From Octopus sinensis (lineage: Eukaryota), in assembly GCF_006345805.1 (NCBI RefSeq), contig NW_021829480.1, positions 1-6,060 on the forward strand: a DNA stretch of 6,060 nt. Direction: 5' to 3'. Shown one piece after another: positions 1 to 6,060 of the stretch. The position numbers and the translations under genes were made by a program. The notes under the pieces were generated by a model that worked only from the letters and a program-made list of their open reading frames with translations, had not been told where the DNA came from and did no database searches. Numbering within the stretch: the stretch's first letter is position 1; each line of letters starts with the position of its first letter.

Positions 1-2789
1 CGGCCGCGAGGCCCTAGCTCATATATCGAACTCGCGAAGGCTACTTCACCAACATAACATCATTGAACACAGCAACGCTACCGAACGAGCGAACAAAAAT
101 AAGAAAGAAATCTTACGCTTCGGGCCGCGAGGCCCTGCCTGATATCGAACTCGTGACGTTTACTTTAAAACATCACTGAACACAGCAACGCTACCGAACG
201 AGCGAACAAAAAAAAAAAACCTTACGCTTCGGGCCGCGAGGCCCTGCCTGATATCGAACTCGTGACGTTTACTTTACCAACAAAACATCACTGAACACAG
301 CAACGCTACCGAACGAGCGAACAAAAAAAAAAAAGTGTTACGCTTCGGGCCGCGAGGCCCTCACTGATATCGAACTCGTGACGTTTACTTTACCAACAAA
401 ACATCACTGAACACAGCAACGCTACCGAACGAGCGAACAAAAAAAATAATATTACGCTTCGGGCCGCGAGGCCCTGCCTGATATCGAACTCGTGACGTTT
501 ACTTTACCAACAAAACATCACTGAACAACGCAACGCTACCGAACGAGCGAACAAAAAAAAAAAAAATTTTACGCTTCGGGCCGCGAGGCCCTGCCTGGTG
601 TCGAACTCGTGACGTTTACTTTACCAACATAACATCACTGAACAACGCATCGCTACCGAACGAGCGAACAAAAAAAAAAAAAGCTTTACGCTTCGGGCCG
701 CGAGGCCCTGCCTGATATCGAACTCGTGACGTTTACTTTACCAACATAACATCACTGAACACAGCAACGCTACCGAACGAGCGAGCAAAAAAAAAAAAAA
801 ATGTTACGCTTCGAGCCACGGGGCCCTGCCTGATATCGAACTCGTGACGTTTACTTTACCAACAAAACATCACTAAACACCGCAACGCTACCGAACGAGC
901 GAACTAAAAAAAAAAAAATGTAACGCTTCGGGCCGCGAGGCCCTGCCTGATATCTAACTCGTGACGTTTACTTTACCAACATAACATCACTGAACACAGC
1001 AACGCTACGAGAAGCGAGCGAAAAAAAAAAAAAACCCTGCGCTTCGGGCCGCGAGGCCCTGCCTGATATCGAACTCGTGACGTTTACTTTACCAACAAAA
1101 CATCACTGAACAACGCAACGCTACCGAACGAGCGAACAAAAAAAAAAAAAATGTTACGCTTCGGGCCGCGAGGCCCTGCCTGATATCGAACTCGTGACGT
1201 TTACTTTACCAACAAAACATCACTAAACACCGCAACGCTACCGAACGAGCGAACTAAAAAAAAAAAATTTCACGCTTCGGGCCGCGAGGCCCTGCCTGAT
1301 ATCGAACTCGTGACGTTTACTTTACCAACATAACATCACTGAACACAGCAACGCTACCGAACGAGCGAACAGAAAAAAAAAAAAAATTTCACGCTTCGGG
1401 CCGCGAGGCCCTGCCTGATATCGAACTCGTGACGTTTACTTTACCAACATAACATCACTGAACAACGCAACGCTACCGAACGAGCGAACAAAAAAAAAAA
1501 AGTTTTACGCTTCGGGCCGCGAGGCCCTGACTGATATCGAACTCGTGACGTTTACTTTACCAACATAACATCACTGAACACCGCAACGCTACCGAACGAG
1601 CGAACAAAAAAAAAAAAATAATATTACGCTTCGGGCCGCGAGGACCTGCCTGATATCGAACTCGTGACGTTTACTTTCCCAACATAACATCACTGAACAC
1701 AGCAACGCTACCGAACGAGCGAGCAAAAAAAAAAAAAAATGTTACGCTTCGGGCCGCGAGGCCCTGCCTGATATCGAACTCGTGACGTTTACTTTACCAA
1801 CATAAACATCACTAAACACCGCAACGCTACCGAACGAGCGAACTAAAAAAAAAAAAATTTCACACTTCGGGCCGCGGGGCCCTGCCTGATATCGAACTCG
1901 TGACGTTTACTTTACCAACAAAACATCACTAAACACCGCAACGCTACCGAACGAGCGAACTAAAAAAAAAAAAAATCTCACGCTTCGGGCCGCGAGGCCC
2001 TGCCTGATATCGAACTCTAGACGTTTACTTTACCAACATAACATCACTGAACAACGCAACGCTACCGAACGAGCGAACAAAAAAAAAAAAAGTTTCACGC
2101 TTCGGGCCGCGAGGCCCTGCCTGATATCGAACTCGTGACGTTTACTTTACCAACATAACATCACTGAACACAGCAACGCTACCGAACGAGCGAACAAAAA
2201 AAAAAATAATATTACGCTTCGGGCCGCGAGGCCCTGCCTGATATCGAACTCGTGACGTTTACTTTACCAACATAACATCACTGAACACAGCAACGCTACC
2301 GAACGAGCGAACAAAAAAAAAAAAAAATGTTACGCTTCGGGCCGCGAGGCCCTGCCTGATATCGAACTCGTGACGTTTACTTTACCAACATAACATCACT
2401 AAACACCGCAACGCTACCGAACGAGCGAACTAAAAAAAAAAAAATTTGTAACGCTTCGGGCCGCGAGGCCCTGCCTGATATCGAACTCGTGACGTTTACT
2501 TTACCAACAAAACATCACTAAACACCGCAACGCTACCGAACGAGCGAACTAAAAAAAAAAAAAATCTACGCTTCGGGCCGCGAGGCCCTGCCTGATATCG
2601 AACTCGTGACGTTTACTTTACCAACATAACATCACTGAACAACGCAACGCTACCGAACGAGCGAACAAAAAAAAAAAAGTTTCACGCTTCGGGCCGCGAG
2701 GCCCTGACTGATATCGAACTCGTGACGTTTACTTTACCAACATAACATCACTGAACACAGCAACGCTACCGAACGAACGAACAATAAAA
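1..2789. repeat. Tandem array (satellite-like) of 24 units of ~117 bp
   Basis: Consensus CGCTTCGGGCCGCGAGGCCCTGCCTGATATCGAACTCGTGACGTTTACTTTACCAACA(T/A)AACATCACT(G/A)AACA(CA/AC/CC)GCAACGCTACCGAACGAGCGAAC-A(n)-variable 4-8 nt. Hairpin motif starts at ~1, 122, 231, 347, 461, 578, 695, 813, 930, 1046, 1163, 1279, 1398, 1514, 1633, 1751, 1869, 1987, 2104, 2221, 2339, 2458, 2575, 2691 (periods mostly 114-119; 109 for unit 2, which has a deletion). Unit 1 is the most diverged. Confidence 0.98.
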
Positions 2790-3166
2790 TCTCTCTCTAT
2801 ATAAACGGCAGTTTGTCTGTGCGTGTTTCTGTGTGTCTGTTTGCTTGTACCTTCACCCTGACCACGGCTTTCAACCGATTCTGATGAAACTTGACACACA
2901 CATAGCCCAATGTCATAATTCAAAACTAACGCAGCGAAAATTTTGAAAAGTTCCCCCAGTTCTGAAAAAAATCGATAAATTCGACATGGGGTCCAGAATC
3001 AGAAACACAAACTGTCTAGGGGACGCAACTCCACCTTTTTTAACTAAAAAAAAAATTTACCATCATTTTTTTCCATTTTTTTTGCTATTTTTTGGCTATA
3101 ACTCTCTAAAAATGCTTTATAGTTATTTCCCTTACAAACCTGAGCAACGCCGGGCGATACTGCTAG
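2790..3166 (+). mobile_element. Non-autonomous Helitron, copy 1 (377 bp, short form)
   Basis: Starts 5'-TC (TCTCTCTCTATATAAACGGCAG) after A2789 and ends in CTAG (3163-3166) before T3167, matching the Helitron A|T target with no TSD. Degenerate subterminal hairpin CCTGA-GCAACG-CCGGG near the 3' end. 2790-3045 is about 95% identical by eye to the reverse complement of 5409-5649; 3131-3166 matches the 3' ends at 4365 and 5854. Confidence 0.85.
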
Positions 3167-3222
3167 TAAATAAATAAAAACGCAAAGCCACGGGCCGCGA
3201 CGTCCTGGCTGATATCGAACTC
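3167..3222. repeat. Degenerate terminal unit of the 117-bp array, separated from it by the Helitron
   Basis: A-rich tract (3167-3180), then CGGGCCGCGAcGtCCTGgCTGATATCGAACTC (3191-3222), which aligns to the unit core CGGGCCGCGAGGCCCTGCCTGATATCGAACTC. Confidence 0.85.
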
Positions 3223-3432
3223 ACGAACGCGAGAGAAGGAGCGAACCACAGCGAAAAACTACCGTACGCGGGCAAGTGCGGACAATTTTTGGCAAGGCAA
3301 ACCGTTGTAGGACGATACCGAACTGGGAACAGTATAGCAAGGCATCCAGAAATTAACTGAGAATACGAATCTTGCCGGCTGGCTAATTTTTGCCTGATGT
3401 TCACCCCCTAATATTGTCTGGGCCCCCTTGGG

Positions 3433-3668
3433 GTGCGACGGTCACCTAGAGCGTGACTATCCAGCCGGGGCCGATCCGTTTCCTTGCGGTCTGAGCACCT
3501 TCTACGACTTACGGGTCGGACCACGTCGCTGTTTTTACCCAATACGTGGACGATATCGCGCGTTTAGTTTCGTGCTTTCGATTTCACGCACAGTACGGCG
3601 GCGGAGACGCAGGCGACCGGCGTGCGACGGTCACCTAGAGCGTGACTATCCAGCGTGGGCCGATCCGT
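3433..3668. repeat. 47-bp direct repeat pair (3433-3479 and 3622-3668; offset 189)
   Basis: GTGCGACGGTCACCTAGAGCGTGACTATCCAGC(cg/gt)GGGCCGATCCGT occurs twice with 2 differences; both copies are followed by TTACGGGTC and a CCACGT motif. Confidence 0.95.
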
Positions 3669-3735
3669 AAGCTTACGGGTCTGATTTTTTTTAATTACGG
3701 GTCAGTCCACGTATGTGTATTTTCCCGGTGCATAT

Positions 3736-3939
3736 CGTAAGGTGAAGGATAAATTTACCGAATGTTTACGTTTTGATATACGACAACGCGGCGTGAGGCG
3801 GTGATCGTATGCGAAACTTTGTATTATCTTCCCGATAGCCACCACGCTAGTGTTTTGTTGACATTGCTTCGTACCGTAACTTGAAGCATAAATTCACCGG
3901 ATGTTTACGTTTTGCTATACGAGCACGCGGGCCAAAGGC
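3736..3939. repeat. Degenerate direct duplication (3736-3800 and 3875-3939; offset 139)
   Basis: CGTAAggTGAAGgATAAATTtACCGaATGTTTACGTTTTGaTATACGAcaACGCGGcgtgAGGCG versus CGTAActTGAAGcATAAATTcACCGgATGTTTACGTTTTGcTATACGAgcACGCGGgccaaAGGCG; weaker similarity continues to ACCACG at ~3841 and ~3990. Confidence 0.85.
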
Positions 3940-4096
3940 GTAGCTGGCGGCCCCACGGTGGCACTTTTTGTTTTCTTTACGATTAAAGAAACCACGACGT
4001 CCCTGTAGTTTTGTTCGTAATGTAGCGGTCGTAATTTCGATATTAGCAATTTCGATTTTACGTGAAAAATAAAATCATTTAACTTGTTATTTTTCG

Positions 4097-4334
4097 ACTG
4101 AAATAAGCCCGTCGTATATAGATAAATATATATATATATATGTGTGTGTCTGTTTGTCCCTCCCCCCGAACATCGCTTGACAACCGACGCTGGAGGTGTT
4201 TACATCCCCGTCAATTAGCCGCTTGGCACGAACCTCTAGGCTTAATAAGAATAAGTATTGGGATCGATTTGCTCGACTAAAGGCGGTGCTCCAGCATGGC
4301 CACAGTTAAATGACTGAAACAAGGTAAATAAAAA
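4097..4334 (+). mobile_element. 5'-truncated SINE fragment resembling the abundant octopus tRNA-derived SINE (central and 3' part; tRNA head absent)
   Basis: Recognised from memory: ACTGAAAnAAGCCCGTCGTATA, internal (TA)n(TG)n, CATCGCTTGACAACCGA..GTGTTTAC.TCCCCGT, GATTTGCTCGACTAAAGGCGGTGCTCCAGCATGGCC.CAGT.AAATGACTGAAACAAG and an A-rich tail. Exact family name not determined; needs a Dfam/Repbase search. Confidence 0.7.
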
Positions 4335-4509
4335 CATATATATATATGTTCTTTTATATATGTACTAGCAGCATAGCCCGGCGTTTCCCGGGTATGTAAG
4401 AGCCCCTAGTAGGCAACGACTAATCCCAATCTAGTCCTTTCCCTCTAGGGAACGAAGGTGCGTGTGTAGGTTGCAATGTCTTCTCTTCACTCCCAAATAA
4501 CTATCAAAC

Positions 4510-4986
4510 AGCTATCGATAATTCAACCCAACCAATTCCTACCAGGAAGAAATTACATTCGAGACTTTACCCCCAACACCGCCACTTCTACTAATAGCTG
4601 CTGCAACCGCAAGTTATTTGAATACTTTTTTTGTTTACACTTTCTTTATAACTACCACCCCAAACGTTTTACCTTAAATTTTTGATGTACCCTAAGGGTC
4701 CTCGGACGCTACTTGCAAACTCTTGGTTTATTATAAAACACTTTTGTCGTGTGCATCAAAAAACCTTTTCCTTCCGTTTGTTCAGTTTGATCACTTTTGA
4801 CTTTTTCGTTGTTGTCACTCACATTGCTGCCCGCTTTTTGGCCGTTTTTGTACATTTTTATACAAAAGAAGTATTCGAATAACTTGCGGCTGCAGCAGCT
4901 ATTAGCAGAAGTGGCGGTGTTGGGGGTAAAGTCTCGAATGTAATTTCTTCCTGGTAGGAATTGGTTGGATCGAATTATCGATAGCT
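4510..4986. repeat. Long inverted repeat inside Helitron copy 2: arms 4510-4634 and 4862-4986 (125 bp each), spacer 227 bp
   Basis: Manual alignment of 4510-4634 with the reverse complement of 4862-4986 gives 6 mismatches, no gaps, all transitions. Confidence 0.95.
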
Positions 4987-4996
4987 AAAAAGGTCA

Positions 4997-5443
4997 AGTT
5001 GCGTCCCCTAGACAGTCTGGTTTGTGTTTAATACACAAATTTGTTTGCTATGTGTGCCACATATGATTAAATTAACCGATTTTTTCCAATAATGTATCCT
5101 ATTGGAATAAAAAGGGCTATGTAGCTCCTTGGAGCAGACATGATGCTCGTTGTGAATAAAAAAAAAAATTCCTGCCAATTTGTGAAAGATATTGTCGAAA
5201 ATATGTCATCTTGAATTTGAACGCGATTTCCCAAAATGGCATGATTTTATCGATTGTTTCTGATGGTAAGGTATTGCATGGAAAACTAACGTCAGAATTG
5301 AGTTTCTTAGGGTAACATTAAGCTTCACCATGAGTTTGGTGAAAATCGATTGCAAGTTGTGAAAACTACCATAGATAATGCGTTGCATAAAAAAAGCTTA
5401 GATTCTCGAGTTGCGTCCCCTAGACAGTCTGTGGTTCGTGTTT
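4997..5443. repeat. Direct repeat pair inside Helitron copy 2 (4997-5029 and 5409-5443; offset 412)
   Basis: AGTTGCGTCCCCTAGACAGTCTG (23 bp) is identical at 4997-5019 and 5409-5431, followed by GTTTGTGTTT and TGGTTCGTGTTT respectively. Confidence 0.92.
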
Positions 5444-5648
5444 CTGATTCTCGACCCCATGTCGAATTTATCAATTTTTTCAGAACTGGGGAACTTTTCA
5501 AAATTTTCGCTGCGTTAGTTTGAATTATGACATTGGGCTATGTGTGTGTCAAGTTTCATCAGAATCGGTTGAAAGCCGTGGTCAGAGTGAGGGTACGAGA
5601 AAACAGACACACAGAAACACGCACAGACAAACTGCCGTTTATATATAG

Positions 5649-5649
<1 letters not shown>

Positions 5650-5708
<59 letters not shown>

Positions 5709-5719
5709 CTGTATATGTT

Positions 5720-5750
<31 letters not shown>

Positions 5751-5853
5751 CTGTATATGTTTATGTATAATATATAATATATATATATATATATATATTA
5801 TATATCTGTATATGTTTATGTTTGTATATATATAATATATATATATATATATA
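5650..5853. repeat. (TA)n microsatellite with three embedded CTGTATATGTTTATG motifs
   Basis: Almost pure TA dinucleotide tract; CTGTATATGTTTATG starts at 5709, 5751 and 5806. Confidence 0.97.
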
Positions 5854-6060
5854 CTAGCAGCATAGCCCGGCGTTGCCCGGGTATGTAAGAGCCCCTATTA
5901 GGCAACGACTAAACCCAATCTAGTCCTTCCCTCTAGGGAAGAAGGCGCATATGTAGGTTGCAATGTCTTCTCTTCACTCCCAAATAACTATCAAACAGCT
6001 ATCGATAATTCAACCCAACCAATTCCTACCAGAAGAAATTACATTCGAGACTTTACCCCA
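5854..6060 (-). mobile_element. Non-autonomous Helitron, copy 3 (3' end only; runs off the window)
   Basis: CTAG at 5854-5857 flanked by A5853 (T on the minus strand); intact CCCGG-GCAACG-CCGGG hairpin; about 95% identical to 4365-4574 by eye (about 7 substitutions, 3 single-base gaps). Confidence 0.87.

Larger units (their letters stand above)
4365..5649 (-). mobile_element. Non-autonomous Helitron, copy 2 (1285 bp, long form)
   Basis: On the minus strand: A|TCTATATATAAACGGCAG 5' end at 5649; 3' end CCCGG-GAAACG-CCGGG hairpin + CTATGCTGCTAG|T ending at 4365. Shares the 5' ~250 bp with copy 1 and the 3' ~210 bp with copy 3. No Rep/helicase ORF. Confidence 0.87.

Noticed and set aside
122-240. 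Bacterial rho-independent terminators (hairpin plus T-run on the minus strand)
   Set aside because: The hairpin is separated from the T-run by ~11-14 nt, and the window is eukaryotic repeat DNA with no bacterial genes.
1-2789. CRISPR array
   Set aside because: The conserved part is ~100 bp and the variable part only 4-8 nt and recurrent; there are no unique 25-45 nt spacers, no cas genes, and the context is eukaryotic.
1-2789. 5S rRNA or tRNA gene cluster (unit ~120 bp, GTTCGA motif)
   Set aside because: No similarity to 5S as I know it; the bases flanking TTCGATA do not form a 5-bp T-stem, and no D-stem or acceptor stem can be built.
1-2789. Self-cleaving ribozyme (hammerhead or HDV-like) in the repeat unit
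   Set aside because: CTGATATCGAAC lacks the CUGANGA...GAAA hammerhead core; the minus-strand GCC-TCGC-GGC lacks the L3 CC and downstream GG needed for HDV P1.1.
3282-3298. Sm-site-like AATTTTTTGG followed by CAAGGC, reminiscent of the U5 snRNA 3' end (also AATTTTTG at ~3385)
   Set aside because: No U5 loop I (GCCUUUUAC), no 3' stem-loop and no other snRNA sequence; such short T-rich words arise by chance.
3476-3500. CCG-TTTCCTTG-CGG as HDV-like P3/L3
   Set aside because: No upstream P1 partner for TCTGAGC and no GG for P1.1.
2729-5835. All eight supplied ORFs (60-102 aa)
   Set aside because: They lie in Helitron, microsatellite (the YI-repeat ORF at 5527-5835) or duplicated non-coding DNA, have low-complexity or unrecognisable products, and show no Rep/helicase, RT or other domain motifs.

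Overview
Non-coding, repeat-rich eukaryotic DNA; none of the supplied ORFs looks like a real gene. A SINE fragment resembles the common octopus tRNA-derived SINE (recognised from memory, not searched), which suggests a cephalopod genome. Layout: (1) 1-2789, a tandem array of 24 units of ~117 bp. Each unit has a conserved CpG-rich core, a GGGCC-GCGA-GGCCC hairpin, a minus-strand Pol III B-box-like motif, a poly(A)/oligo(T) tract and a hypervariable 4-8 nt junction, and the right half shows 5-unit higher-order structure. (2) 2790-3166, a non-autonomous Helitron in the last A-tract, with a degenerate 25th unit beyond it. (3) ~3230-4090, an unexplained CpG-rich block with two internal duplications. 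(4) 4097-4334, a 5'-truncated SINE. (5) 4365-5649 and 5854-6060, two more copies of the same Helitron family on the minus strand, separated by a (TA)n tract; the complete one carries a 125-bp internal inverted repeat. The best candidate for an undescribed system is the array (possible tandem Pol III small-RNA cluster or TFIIIC boundary), but that is inference only.
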